A stretch of DNA of 64,000 nucleotides from an uncultured archaeon. GTDB taxonomy: Archaea > Nanobdellota > Nanobdellia > Woesearchaeales > UBA9642. The notes beneath the pieces are model-generated. The model saw only the letters and a program-made list of their open reading frames with translations. It searched no databases and was not told where the DNA came from. Position numbers and translations under genes: made by a program. The stretch is taken from positions 295 through 64,294 of the forward strand of contig CAVZPN010000016.1 in assembly GCA_963777125.1 (NCBI GenBank), given 5' to 3'. Below are positions 48,132 through 58,425 of this stretch, one piece after another. The first letter of the stretch is position 1. Each line of letters starts with the position of its first letter.

Positions 48132-48572
48132 ATGAATCAAATATACAATCTAAATGAAGGTATTAATACTATTGAAGCAAAAATAAAGCAAGATTTTGGT
48201 AAAGAAGTTTATCGAGATACAGAACTAAGAATACTTGCAGAATTAGTAGATAATTTAGAAAATGGATTAACAAAAGTATCATACGCATTCGTTCAAGGAG
48301 GTATTTTAATTCCTGATGTAACAGACGAAAACACATTGCCAATAATGTTAGTTAATTCAGAAACTTATAAAGATATAAAAATAATAGGTCAAGTACAAAT
48401 CCCTAAAATCTACGTATCAACAGTAAAAGATTTTTCTAAAAAATATTTTAAATTAGACGATTACCCCACAAAAAAAGAAGCATTAAAAGATCTTTCTGAA
48501 AGTTATAGTCATAAATTTAAACCAACAGACATAATATCGATGTATTGGATAGAAAATTTTGAAAGAATATAA
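48132..48572 (+). CDS. Hypothetical protein, possibly ASCH/PUA-like
   Basis: C-terminal VKDFS....LDDY.TKKEALKDL...Y....PTDIISMYWI recalls ASCH domains. Start uncertain (48072 or 48132). Confidence 0.5.
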   Translation: MNQIYNLNEGINTIEAKIKQDFGKEVYRDTELRILAELVDNLENGLTKVSYAFVQGGILIPDVTDENTLPIMLVNSETYKDIKIIGQVQIPKIYVSTVKDFSKKYFKLDDYPTKKEALKDLSESYSHKFKPTDIISMYWIENFERI

Positions 48573-48673
48573 TAATTATCTAATAAAGTTTAAAATTATA
48601 ATAAATAAAAGAATTCTTTAAATTATAAGATTAGAAAAATATCAGGAAAAAATAAAAATACTAAAAAGAAAGT

Positions 48674-49123
48674 TTAATCATCATCTAAATCAGGAATTAC
48701 TGCAACTTTTCCTTTCTTATCCTTCTTTTTAATTTCCTTCATCTTTTTGGTAACATCAATTGGCCCAGCGCATTTCTCGCACGGGAATCTTAATGTTAAT
48801 ACGCCTTCAACCTTCTTTCTTTTGAAAGGCAATACCATACCACCATGGAACTCACATTTTGGACAAGTATAATCAACATTTGCAATAAGTGTATCCTCAT
48901 ATGCTTGTTTTTCAACAGTGTATTTACATGCAGGGCATACATATTCTAATGCTCGAATTTTAGCTTTTCCATCAACAACAGGTTTTCCCATAAATGCTTT
49001 TTTACATTTAGGACATTGTTGTCTAAAAACCCAACATCTAACAGTTCCATTGAATTTCTCTCCAATGTTTCTATTAGTAAAATATACACACTCATCCATC
49101 GATTTTGGTTCTGTTAATTTCAT
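48674..49123 (-). CDS. Multi-CxxC zinc-ribbon hypothetical protein
   Basis: CPKC, CPAC, CPKC, CEKC; GGAGG SD before ATG 49123. Confidence 0.75.
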   Translation of the reverse strand: MKLTEPKSMDECVYFTNRNIGEKFNGTVRCWVFRQQCPKCKKAFMGKPVVDGKAKIRALEYVCPACKYTVEKQAYEDTLIANVDYTCPKCEFHGGMVLPFKRKKVEGVLTLRFPCEKCAGPIDVTKKMKEIKKKDKKGKVAVIPDLDDD

Positions 49124-49246
49124 TTTATCCTCCAAATGATACCATCGTATAACATTAAAATAATCATCATTATAAAATAAAAATTAATGTTATATAAATT
49201 ATAATATATTTAAATTTTATTATACTATTATATTAACTTAACTATT

Positions 49247-49831
49247 TTATCCGCCAACAATAAATCCTTTAACACCTGAATAAATAAAATCTACTGCAAG
49301 CGCCGCAAGTAATAATCCTAATACTTTTGAAAATATTTCAATTATTTCTGTTCCAAGTAATTTTTCAACCCTATCAGCAAACTTTAAGATAATAAATGAT
49401 ACAATTAAAACTAACGTTGCAGCAATTGCAGGAATTAACATTCCATAATTTTTAGATAAAATAATAATCGTAGTTAATGCTCCAGGTCCCGAAAGAAGAG
49501 GCGTTCCGATAAGTATTGCTGCGCTTGAAACTTTATCGTGATGCATACCAAATTCTATCCCTAAAACCGTTGTAATTCCCATAATTAATAATATTATACC
49601 GCCACCAACCATAAGCCCATTAAAACTTATCTTTAAAATATTTAATAAAAATAATCCAGTAAACAAGAATAAAAATAATAATGCTCCAGCAACAAGTATT
49701 GCTGTCCAAATAGCCTTATTTCTCTCCACAATAGTACTTTTCTTAAATTGCCCAATAAAAAATACTGCACTAACAAATGGATCGATAATTATAAATAATG
49801 TAATGAAAGACTTTAATATCTCGCTAATCAT
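49247..49831 (-). CDS. MarC family membrane protein
   Basis: FITLFIIIDP, GGGIILL, TPLLSGPGALT, KVLGLLLAALAV. Confidence 0.9.
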   Translation of the reverse strand: MISEILKSFITLFIIIDPFVSAVFFIGQFKKSTIVERNKAIWTAILVAGALLFLFLFTGLFLLNILKISFNGLMVGGGIILLIMGITTVLGIEFGMHHDKVSSAAILIGTPLLSGPGALTTIIILSKNYGMLIPAIAATLVLIVSFIILKFADRVEKLLGTEIIEIFSKVLGLLLAALAVDFIYSGVKGFIVGG

Positions 49832-50015
49832 ATAACATACCTCAAAAACACATTAAAAAATAATCAAAAATATAATCTTATAGTAATTTAAGGAATTTAT
49901 TAAGTTTACGATAAGTAAATCATATATTGAATATATACAATTCTATATATAATTCAACTATCTTAAATTATATCCGGATATTTTCCGAAAAATTCGAATC
50001 TATTCCGAAATGACA

Positions 50016-50031
50016 CCGAAAGTTTTATATT
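50016..50031 (+). promoter_or_regulatory. Archaeal BRE-TATA promoter
   Basis: CCGAAAG-TTTTATATT upstream of the ABC operon. Confidence 0.5.
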
Positions 50032-50141
50032 CTACCAATCCTTACTTAAGTATGAAAACTAAATCTAATAAACCATATTTTAATCAAAATTAAAATCAAT
50101 TATTAGATTGAACAATATAATTATATTTTGAGGCATATACA

Positions 50142-51137
50142 ATGAAAAACGTCAATAAAACACCAGAAGTTATTCTAGTTAAAAACTTAAAAAAAACATT
50201 CAAAACAAAGATTAGACAAAGCGGATTTAAAGGCACAATCAAATCCTTAATTAAACCAGAATACAAAGAAATAGATGCAGTAAACAACATCTCATTTAAT
50301 GTTAATCAAGGAGAATTAGTTGCATTTATCGGACCTAATGGAGCAGGAAAATCAACAACACTAAAAATACTTTCGGGAATATTATACCCTGACTCAGGAG
50401 AAACGAAAGTACTTAATTTCAATCCACAAAAAGATAGAAAGAAAATGGCATATCACATAGGAACAGTATTTGGACAAAAATCACAATTATGGTTTCACTT
50501 GCCAGCAATAGATTCATTTGACTTATTTGCTAAAATATATGAAATACCAAATGAAGAATATAAAACACGAATAACTAAACTCATAGAAAAATTTGAAATA
50601 GCCGACATAATAAATCAGCCAGTAAGAAAATTATCTTTAGGACAACGAATGAAATGCGAGATAGTTTTAGCACTAATTCATAATCCAAAAATAATATTCT
50701 TAGATGAGCCAACAATAGGTCTGGATATAATGGCGAAAAAAGCAATTAGAGAATTAATTAAAGAAATAAATGAAAAAGAGAATGTAACTATAATTCTTAC
50801 TAGTCACGATATGGGCGATGTTGAAAAAATATGTAAAAGAGCCATAATAATAAATAAAGGAAAATTGATTTATGACGGAAAAATAAATGAGTTAAAAAAT
50901 AATTACATAAAAAAGAAAACAGTAAAAGCATTATCCGATACTAAAATAAAATTCGAAAAACAAAAACATGTTCAAATTGTAAAAAGAAGCGATTATGGAT
51001 TAAAAATAGAAGTCGATACATCAAAAATATCAATAAAAGACGTAATAAATAAATTATTGAAAGATAATCAAATAATAGACTTAATTATTGAAGAACCAGA
51101 AATTGAAGAGATAATAGAAGCAATATACAAAGAATAA
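50142..51137 (+). CDS. ABC transporter ATP-binding protein (ABC-2 type)
   Basis: GPNGAGKST, VFGQKSQL, LSLGQRMK, FLDEPTIGLD, TSHD. Confidence 0.95.
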   Translation: MKNVNKTPEVILVKNLKKTFKTKIRQSGFKGTIKSLIKPEYKEIDAVNNISFNVNQGELVAFIGPNGAGKSTTLKILSGILYPDSGETKVLNFNPQKDRKKMAYHIGTVFGQKSQLWFHLPAIDSFDLFAKIYEIPNEEYKTRITKLIEKFEIADIINQPVRKLSLGQRMKCEIVLALIHNPKIIFLDEPTIGLDIMAKKAIRELIKEINEKENVTIILTSHDMGDVEKICKRAIIINKGKLIYDGKINELKNNYIKKKTVKALSDTKIKFEKQKHVQIVKRSDYGLKIEVDTSKISIKDVINKLLKDNQIIDLIIEEPEIEEIIEAIYKE

Positions 51138-51223
51138 ATTCACTAAAGCACATCAAATATGTAGAAAATAAATTAATAAAATTAGAACAACATCAAATTA
51201 AGGTTATAGCAATAGAAACTACC

Positions 51224-52012
51224 ATGGGAATAAGCAAATATTATTACATCGCAAAAACTAATTTCATAAGTAGTTTAACATATATTCAAGATGTAATTTG
51301 GAGTTCAACATTTATTGCGATAATAATATTCATATTTGTAAATCTATGGAAAGCAATATTTGGAACAAATGAATACATTGCAGGATTTACTATAGTTATG
51401 ATGCTATGGTACTTAGTAATGACTGAATCAATTGTTACATCTCAATCAAGAGTACTCGAAGATATTGGAGACGAATTAATAAGTGGGAACATAACAAATT
51501 ACTTAAATAAACCATATAACTATATACTCTACAAATTTTCAACATCTATTGGTGCATCATTATTAAAATTTGCAATAACATTTATTGCCGGAAGCATAGT
51601 TGTATACATATTTATCGGACCTATGACAATAGCCTTATGGACAATACCATTAATTGCAATTATAGTGATGCTCGCATTAATACTTAATTTTACAATTATG
51701 TCATTTTTAGGAATATTCGCGTTATGGCTTGAAGATGCTAAATCATTAGAATTTGTATATAACAAAATTGTATTTACACTTGGTGGAATGTTAATTCCTC
51801 TTGAGATATTTCCAACATGGCTATATAAATTAAGCCTATTATTACCATTTAGCCTAGTGGCATATTATCCATCAAAATTATTTGTGAGTTTTAGTATGAT
51901 GTTATTTTTTAAAATACTATTATTAGAAATAATTTGGATCATAATATTTGTAATACTTGCAACAATAGCATATAAAATATGTATTAAAAAAATCAGTATT
52001 AACGGCGGATAA
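51224..52012 (+). CDS. ABC-2 family permease (DUF990-like)
   Basis: Six TM segments; ISGNI..YLNKP, LGGMLIPL.IFP; C-terminal NGG. Confidence 0.85.
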   Translation: MGISKYYYIAKTNFISSLTYIQDVIWSSTFIAIIIFIFVNLWKAIFGTNEYIAGFTIVMMLWYLVMTESIVTSQSRVLEDIGDELISGNITNYLNKPYNYILYKFSTSIGASLLKFAITFIAGSIVVYIFIGPMTIALWTIPLIAIIVMLALILNFTIMSFLGIFALWLEDAKSLEFVYNKIVFTLGGMLIPLEIFPTWLYKLSLLLPFSLVAYYPSKLFVSFSMMLFFKILLLEIIWIIIFVILATIAYKICIKKISINGG

Positions 52013-52013
52013 A

Positions 52014-52793
52014 ATGTTAAAACATATACGAATGCATTTAGAATATTTGAAAATAACAATAAAGACCGCATTAGAATACAGAGTAAATTTTATAGTACAG
52101 TCAATGGCAATGTTACTTAGCGATTTAACTTGGATAATATTTTGGGTAATAATATTTAACAAATTTGACACTATAGGTGGATGGAACGTATATGATATGA
52201 TGTTATTATACTCGATAGTCTTAACATCATACGGCATTAGCGGAGTAATATTTGGAAATAAAAGCAAAATTGCTGAAACAATTGTTCAAGGAAAACTTGA
52301 TTATTATCTCGCATTACCAAAAAATACCTTATACCATTTAATAGCTTCAAGATCTTCATGGTATAATCTTGGAGATTTAATCCTTGGACTAATACTTGCA
52401 GTAATGTTTTTACATCCTGCACAAATATTATTATTCATAGTACTCGTTATACTCAGTGCAGTAATTGTAACAGCCTTTGGAATAATAATTGGATCTCTCG
52501 CATTCTACATAAATAATTCTGAAGAAACAGCAAGAACATTAAATATGAGCCTAGTTACATTAGCAAGTTATCCAATAGATATATTCAAAGGATTTACAAA
52601 AATATTAGTATTGTTTGTAATACCTGCTGGATTTGTATCAGGAGTTCCTGTTTCATTATTAAAACATTTTGATTTAACATGGTTATTATATACTGCCGGA
52701 TTTGCAATATTATTAACAACAATAGCTATAATCGTATTCTATAAAGGCTTAAAACGATACGAAAGTGGAAGTACGATTACTATAAGAATATAA
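52014..52793 (+). CDS. ABC-2 family permease (DUF990-like)
   Basis: LEYRVNF, IGGW, GKLDYYL.LP, YPIDIF, GLKRYES. Confidence 0.85.
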   Translation: MLKHIRMHLEYLKITIKTALEYRVNFIVQSMAMLLSDLTWIIFWVIIFNKFDTIGGWNVYDMMLLYSIVLTSYGISGVIFGNKSKIAETIVQGKLDYYLALPKNTLYHLIASRSSWYNLGDLILGLILAVMFLHPAQILLFIVLVILSAVIVTAFGIIIGSLAFYINNSEETARTLNMSLVTLASYPIDIFKGFTKILVLFVIPAGFVSGVPVSLLKHFDLTWLLYTAGFAILLTTIAIIVFYKGLKRYESGSTITIRI

Positions 52794-52910
52794 TCAGAAA
52801 GATATACAAATTGAATAAAGATGTTTCAAACATAACAATAATATCATTCTACTGATTAAATTTATAAATATCCTAATTTTTCGATAAGTAATACACACAA
52901 AACCACATAT

Positions 52911-53031
52911 GCGGAGGTAGCAAAGCCTGGTCAAATGCGCAGGACTTAAGTGTGACACCTAAACGATTGTGTTTAGGACTATGTAATCCTGTCACTTAGT
53001 GTGTTCGAGGGTTCGAATCCCTTCCTCCGCA
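52911..53031 (+). tRNA. tRNA-Leu(TAA) with a 35-nt intron at 37/38 (52951-52985)
   Basis: Acceptor GCGGAGG/CCTCCGC plus A73; anticodon arm CAGGA-CT-TAA-G^A-TCCTG; long variable arm; GGTTCGAATCC T-arm; relaxed BHB and intron hairpin CCTAAAC/GTTTAGG. Confidence 0.92.
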
Positions 53032-53162
53032 TTTTTTTCTTATTTTTATGAATGATAAAATTCATTATTTCTAGATGTTTCCGATTAAAATCGATTTAAA
53101 ACTTCATATGATTAGAATGAATAAAGAAAAGTTTATTAATTTAAGAAATACATATATTTTAC

Positions 53163-54197
53163 ATGGTTCATCTTCAAAAATCGGAAATTATTGTTTCAAA
53201 TGAAAAAATACGTGAAATAATACATAGCTACTATAAATCATATAAAATCAAAAAAATATTCGCAATTAAAGAAGGAGTTGCTAATCCGGTTTTTATTATT
53301 GAAACTCAAAAAACAGATGTTGTTCTAAGAATCTTCAATCCAATAACGGGTGATTGGAAAGCATCTAAAGAAGAATCAGTTTACGAACTATTTATTAAAC
53401 ATAATATTCCTTGTCCAATTATTTTAAAAACAGACATTTCAAAAAAGCTAATTCCTTATAATTACGTCATAAGCAAAAGATTAACAGGAAATGCTCTAGA
53501 TAAAGTATTTTCTAATCAATCTATGAGTTCTAAACTTAAAATAATAAAGGAACTAGGAAAATATTTAGGCAAAATTCATTCTATAAATTTTAATAAGTTT
53601 GGAGATATAACTAAAAAAGGCGATAATTTTATTGTTGGTCCAGCTCACGAATTAAGTGATGTTTCTAAAAAAATCAAATCAGGACCATTTTTGTCTTGGA
53701 AAGATATGCATAGAGAAATTATAAAATCCCGATTGTATTATTTTAAGAATACTGAATTTGAAGATTTAATAAAACCGATAAACGATTATTTCGATGCAAA
53801 CGAATATTTAATAGACTACAAAATTACGCCAAGATTACTCCATCTTGATTTAAATAGAAACAATATTTTTGTCAAAGATAATAAGATTACAGGAATTTTA
53901 GATGTTGAAGAATCATTGATAGGGCATAATGAATACGACTTAATGCGAACAGAATTACATTTTAAAGGAAATTTAGAATTGCGTAATGCATTCTTTAAAG
54001 AATATACTAAATATATCAAATTAGATGAAGGATATGATAATAGAAGAGCATTTTACTCTCTTTCCAGAAATTTAGTAGGAGTAAGATCATTGATTTTATG
54101 GAAATCTAAATATAATAAGAAAGCATATCTTAAAGAGAAAAAATGGATTCGAAGCAATATTAATAAAATACTTCAGACAAATAAGATGGAACTTTAA
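53163..54197 (+). CDS. Aminoglycoside phosphotransferase / choline kinase-like (APH family) protein
   Basis: EGVANPVF, VLRI, LGKIHS, LLHLDLNRNNIFV (HxDxxxxN), GILDVE. Confidence 0.85.
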   Translation: MVHLQKSEIIVSNEKIREIIHSYYKSYKIKKIFAIKEGVANPVFIIETQKTDVVLRIFNPITGDWKASKEESVYELFIKHNIPCPIILKTDISKKLIPYNYVISKRLTGNALDKVFSNQSMSSKLKIIKELGKYLGKIHSINFNKFGDITKKGDNFIVGPAHELSDVSKKIKSGPFLSWKDMHREIIKSRLYYFKNTEFEDLIKPINDYFDANEYLIDYKITPRLLHLDLNRNNIFVKDNKITGILDVEESLIGHNEYDLMRTELHFKGNLELRNAFFKEYTKYIKLDEGYDNRRAFYSLSRNLVGVRSLILWKSKYNKKAYLKEKKWIRSNINKILQTNKMEL

Positions 54198-54208
54198 ATT
54201 TCCACCAA

Positions 54209-54251
54209 ATTCAACTACTAGCTCTATGCACTTCCTTTGCAATTTTTTATT
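54209..54251 (+). repeat. 43-bp direct repeat, copy 1
   Basis: ATTCAACTACTAGCTCTATGCACTTCCTTTGCAATTTTTTATT; 38/43 identical to 55627-55669. Confidence 0.8.
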
Positions 54252-54308
54252 TGCGATAGAAGATATTTTTTTAGATGATAGAATTATAACATAACTTAAT
54301 ATCGATAA

Positions 54309-54740
54309 TTAATCACTAACAACATTTTTCTTAATTAATCTCCACCCATTATCATAATCTGCAAAAGAATCTGCAATTAAGTCAAAAATAGGAGAATAGT
54401 GCGGCGCTAATTTTGTTACAACTTGAATAACAAACCCATCTACATGTGTAGACCAACCAGCATCATATAAAACAGAGATATTTTGATTTAATAATTTCTG
54501 TAATGAATCAGAATCGTAAGCATATAATACGCCGCCATCAATGCGACAAAAATCTTCTTTCCAAATTCTCGTTTCAATTCCTTTTTTAACTAAATAATTA
54601 GCCACATCATCAACATTAACATTGCAAATATCACTAATAGTAGATAGAGGTAAATAACCTAAAGGCTTTTTTGGACCAACATCCAATAAATCATTCAAAT
54701 ACTGACATTCAGATTTGTCATTGATTAAATTTTTATTCAT
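54309..54740 (-). CDS. Hypothetical protein
   Basis: 143-aa ORF (VGPKKPLGYLP...GGVLYAYD...LIADSFAD) with a TATA-like element about 25 bp upstream. Confidence 0.7.
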   Translation of the reverse strand: MNKNLINDKSECQYLNDLLDVGPKKPLGYLPLSTISDICNVNVDDVANYLVKKGIETRIWKEDFCRIDGGVLYAYDSDSLQKLLNQNISVLYDAGWSTHVDGFVIQVVTKLAPHYSPIFDLIADSFADYDNGWRLIKKNVVSD

Positions 54741-54806
54741 ATATTTGTTGAATCTGTTTAGTTTATAAATATTACGTATTTTTGTTACTTGGAAGTAATA
54801 AATAAT

Positions 54807-54821
54807 CGAAAGATTTAAATA
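54807..54821 (+). promoter_or_regulatory. Archaeal BRE-TATA promoter
   Basis: CGAAAG-ATTTAAATA upstream of 54868. Confidence 0.45.
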
Positions 54822-54867
54822 CTCTTCCTTCTAAGACCAAGTATAGACGCAATAGGAGTAAATACAA

Positions 54868-55596
54868 ATGTACGTATGCACAAATGAATCATTAAGTTCA
54901 ATAGTAAAAGGACTAGATATTCAACCTACAGATAATGTTTTTGCCGTAGGAGGTAGTGGAGATCAAGCGTTTGCAATCTTAGAATATGCAAATTCAGTCA
55001 CACTAATAGATTATTTACCAGAAGCAGTAGACTTTATTAAAAAAAGAGTAGATTTTCTAAAACAAGGAAAACTAGAAGAATTCTTATATTTCAAAAGTAA
55101 TCCAGCTAGCGAAGGAACAAAAACAAGAAACAAATATTTTTTATCAAAAAACAGATTACAAAAAATTACATCCAAATTAGATAACTTAACAATAATTCAA
55201 AGCGACGTAGTACTTTCAGAAATTTCAAAAGAAAATAATAAAATATATTTATCTAATGCATTAGGATATAACGGATACGAATCATTATATAACGCAAAAG
55301 AAACACTGACAAATATTTCTAATAATATGCCTATCGATGGATTAATCTATGTGACAAACCATGAAGACTTAGTAGCGAAAGAGCCGTTAATAGGTAGAAA
55401 AGTGGACAAATGGGAAAAATTCAAAAATAAGTTTTTTGGAAATTTTAGAAAACTCTACGAAGAATCTTGTTTGCCTATAAATTTAAAAGTTGATGGAAAA
55501 TTAACTGCTAAGGCAAGAACTGAATCAGCAAAACTGGAGAGTATAAGAGAATGTTACTTTTTTGAACCTGCAGTTTATAGAAAAATAGAAAACTAA
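54868..55596 (+). CDS. SAM-dependent transferase-like protein (DUF3419/BtaA-like)
   Basis: Y..TNE, VFAVGGSGDQAF (Gly-rich motif I), VTLID, KIYLSNA; AGGAG SD. Confidence 0.6.
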   Translation: MYVCTNESLSSIVKGLDIQPTDNVFAVGGSGDQAFAILEYANSVTLIDYLPEAVDFIKKRVDFLKQGKLEEFLYFKSNPASEGTKTRNKYFLSKNRLQKITSKLDNLTIIQSDVVLSEISKENNKIYLSNALGYNGYESLYNAKETLTNISNNMPIDGLIYVTNHEDLVAKEPLIGRKVDKWEKFKNKFFGNFRKLYEESCLPINLKVDGKLTAKARTESAKLESIRECYFFEPAVYRKIEN

Positions 55597-55626
55597 CATT
55601 CAATAACTAGATAAATATTCTACTAC

Positions 55627-55669
55627 ATTCAATTACTAGCACCATTTACTTCCTTTGCAATTTTTTATT
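55627..55669 (+). repeat. 43-bp direct repeat, copy 2
   Basis: ATTCAATTACTAGCACCATTTACTTCCTTTGCAATTTTTTATT; the last 22 bp are identical to copy 1. Confidence 0.8.
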
Positions 55670-55715
55670 CTAAAATTAACACAAAGTTTTTATAGTAAAA
55701 TACTAGATAATTATT

Positions 55716-56225
55716 ATGGACACTCTTGAATGCATTGAAACGAGAAGAAGTATTAGAAAATATATTGATAAAGATGTATCAGATGAATTAATAACAAAAA
55801 TTCTCGAAGCTGCAATGACTGCGCCATCAGCAGGAAATCAGCAACCATGGCAATTTATCATTATTAAAGATAGAACACTTCTTGACAAAATCACAGAATT
55901 TCACGAATATGCTCAGATGTGTAAAGAAGCAAATCTAGCAATACTTGTATGCGCAGATATTCATTCAATCAGACATGAAGGTATGTGGGAACAAGATTGT
56001 TCAGCCGCAACACAAAATATATTACTTGCAGCGCACGCTTTAGGACTCGGTGCAGTTTGGTGCGGAGTATATCCAAGAGAAGCAAAGATGCAAGGATTTG
56101 TAAAACTACTTAATATTCCTGAAAAAATTATTCCATTCTCATTAATTCCTATTGGACACACTACACAAAAATCAAGTAAAGTTGACAGATATAAAAAAGA
56201 AAAAATACACGAAAATAAATGGTAA
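55716..56225 (+). CDS. Nitroreductase family protein
   Basis: TRRSIRKY, APSAGNQQPWQF, QDCSAATQNILLAAHALGLGAVW. Confidence 0.95.
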   Translation: MDTLECIETRRSIRKYIDKDVSDELITKILEAAMTAPSAGNQQPWQFIIIKDRTLLDKITEFHEYAQMCKEANLAILVCADIHSIRHEGMWEQDCSAATQNILLAAHALGLGAVWCGVYPREAKMQGFVKLLNIPEKIIPFSLIPIGHTTQKSSKVDRYKKEKIHENKW

Positions 56226-56315
56226 ATTGTTTTTCTTCGCAAATTTTTCATTCTTAACGCCACATCCTAACAATTAATAGAATAAATTTAAATATAGTAT
56301 AATTGTAACATTAAT

Positions 56316-56834
56316 ATGCTAAGCGATAACTGGGAATACAAAGGAACAAAAATTCAATTCACATTTTATGATGGTAATAATGAACAAAACTTTGAACCAC
56401 ATACTCAAAGTTACGGAATATGTTTTCGTGATGATGGTAGGATAATTATTGGATTTCATCCTGGCGAATATAATGATTGGCTACTTCCAGGAGGAAAAAG
56501 AGAAAAAGATGAGACAGGCATTGAAACATTAAAAAGAGAACTTGATGAAGAAGTATCTTTAGAAATAAAAAAATATAAATTACTCGGAGCTCAGAAAGTT
56601 GAGTATCTAAATATTAAAAAAAGATCGCATTATGAATTAAGATATGCCGTAATTGTTAAAGTAAATAAATTAACTGCTGATCCGGATAATGGATTAATTT
56701 GGAAAAGAAAAGCAATCGATCCAAAAGATTTTTCTAAATATTTAAAGTGGGGAACTATTGGAGAACATATAGTTAAAGAAGCAGTAAAATGGTTTAAGAA
56801 AGAAAAATTAAAAGAAAAGAAAGCCAAAAAATAA
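56316..56834 (+). CDS. NUDIX hydrolase
   Basis: WLLPGGKREKDETGIETLKRELDEEV Nudix box. Confidence 0.9.
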   Translation: MLSDNWEYKGTKIQFTFYDGNNEQNFEPHTQSYGICFRDDGRIIIGFHPGEYNDWLLPGGKREKDETGIETLKRELDEEVSLEIKKYKLLGAQKVEYLNIKKRSHYELRYAVIVKVNKLTADPDNGLIWKRKAIDPKDFSKYLKWGTIGEHIVKEAVKWFKKEKLKEKKAKK

Positions 56835-56934
56835 TACTTAAATACAGATATAATTTATTTCTTCAATAATTTTCAAAAAAATTAATTATAGGCAAAATAA
56901 AAAAACTTTTAAAGACAAATCATTCTCGTATAAG

Positions 56935-58425
56935 ATGGAAAATATTAATAATAACAAAGCATCTCAAAATATAGAAAATACTGGAATCACAATAAAAAAA
57001 GATGAAGATTTTTCTGAATGGTATTCTCAATTAGTACAAAAAGCCGAACTTGCAGATTTAAGATATAATATTAAAGGATTTGTATGTTATATGCCTTGGT
57101 CTGTTATTACAATAAAAAAAATGTATCAAAAATATGAAGAATTACTTGAGAAAAACGGTCATAGCGCATTAATAATGCCATCACTAATACCAGAATCAAA
57201 TTTCACATTAGAATCAGAACACGTAGAAGGATTTGCACCAGAAGTATTTTGGGTTACAGAAACTGGAGACGGAGTAAAATTACCTGAAAAATTAGCATTA
57301 AGACCAACAAGCGAAACAGCATTATACAAAATGTATAGTTACTGGATTAGAAGTTATAATGATTTACCATTCAAAAGATATCAATCATGTCAAGTATGGA
57401 GAGCTGAAGGAACAAAAGCTACAAGACCATTTCTTCGAGCAAGAGAATTTCATTGGATAGAAGCACACAATGTGTTTGCAACATTAAAAGAAGCAGAAGA
57501 ACAAGTATTACAAGATATGGATATGGCATATAAAATTATACAAGATGAATTTGCAATACCAATAATATTTTTTCAAAGACCAGAATGGGATAAATTTCCA
57601 GGAGCAGTACACACATATGCAGCTGACGCATTAATGGATTCAGGAAAAGTAATACAATTACCATCAACACACTTACTTGGAACAAATTTCTCAAAACCAT
57701 TTGATGTAAAATTTGTCGATAAAGATGGAACTGAAAAATATGGATTCATAACATGTTATGGTCCAGCCATAAGCAGAATATATGGCGCAATGATATCAAT
57801 ACTTGGTGATGATAAAGGATTAATATTACCATTTGATTTAGCACCATTACAAATAGTTATAGTTCCAATATTATTCAAAGATTCATCAGAAAAAGTAATA
57901 GCAGAATGTGAAAAAATTGCAAAATCACTACATAAATATAGAGTAAAAGTCGATTCAAGAGACATTAGAAGTGGAGAAAAATATAATGAATGGGAATTAA
58001 AAGGAGTTCCAATAAGAATAGAAATAGGACCAAAAGACTTAGAAAAAAAACAAGCAGTAATAGTAAAAAGACACGATAAGTCAAAAACTTTTGTAAAAGA
58101 TGAAGAATTAATACATGAAATAGATAAAATAGCACATTCATATACAACTGAATTAAAAAATAAAAAATTAGAAGCGTTCAAAGATTATGTAGTATCATGC
58201 AATACTATTGAAGAAGTACGAGATGCAGTAGATAATAAAAAGATGGCTGCAGCAGGATTTTGTTCAATGGAAGTAGAATCCGCAGTATGCGCAACAAAAA
58301 TAGAAAAAGATTACGGCGCATTTGTTCGAGGTAAAAAGATTCATTCAGAAACATTAAAATTCAAAACATGCGTAGTATGTGGGAAACCTGCAACAGAAAC
58401 AGTATATATTGCAAAAAGTTATTAA
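56935..58425 (+). CDS. proS: Proline--tRNA ligase (archaeal/eukaryotic type)
   Basis: DFSEWY, HVEGFAPE, LALRPTSET, PFLRAREFHWIEAH, WELKGVPIRIEIGPKD, C-terminal CVVCG...AKSY. Confidence 0.97.
   Translation: MENINNNKASQNIENTGITIKKDEDFSEWYSQLVQKAELADLRYNIKGFVCYMPWSVITIKKMYQKYEELLEKNGHSALIMPSLIPESNFTLESEHVEGFAPEVFWVTETGDGVKLPEKLALRPTSETALYKMYSYWIRSYNDLPFKRYQSCQVWRAEGTKATRPFLRAREFHWIEAHNVFATLKEAEEQVLQDMDMAYKIIQDEFAIPIIFFQRPEWDKFPGAVHTYAADALMDSGKVIQLPSTHLLGTNFSKPFDVKFVDKDGTEKYGFITCYGPAISRIYGAMISILGDDKGLILPFDLAPLQIVIVPILFKDSSEKVIAECEKIAKSLHKYRVKVDSRDIRSGEKYNEWELKGVPIRIEIGPKDLEKKQAVIVKRHDKSKTFVKDEELIHEIDKIAHSYTTELKNKKLEAFKDYVVSCNTIEEVRDAVDNKKMAAAGFCSMEVESAVCATKIEKDYGAFVRGKKIHSETLKFKTCVVCGKPATETVYIAKSY

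Noticed and set aside
51995-52012. C-terminal GG of the ABC permease (and of MarC) as a Pup/ubiquitin-like tag for the ligase array
   Set aside because: Both are integral membrane proteins far from the array, terminal GG is usual in this permease family, and neither ends GG[EQ].
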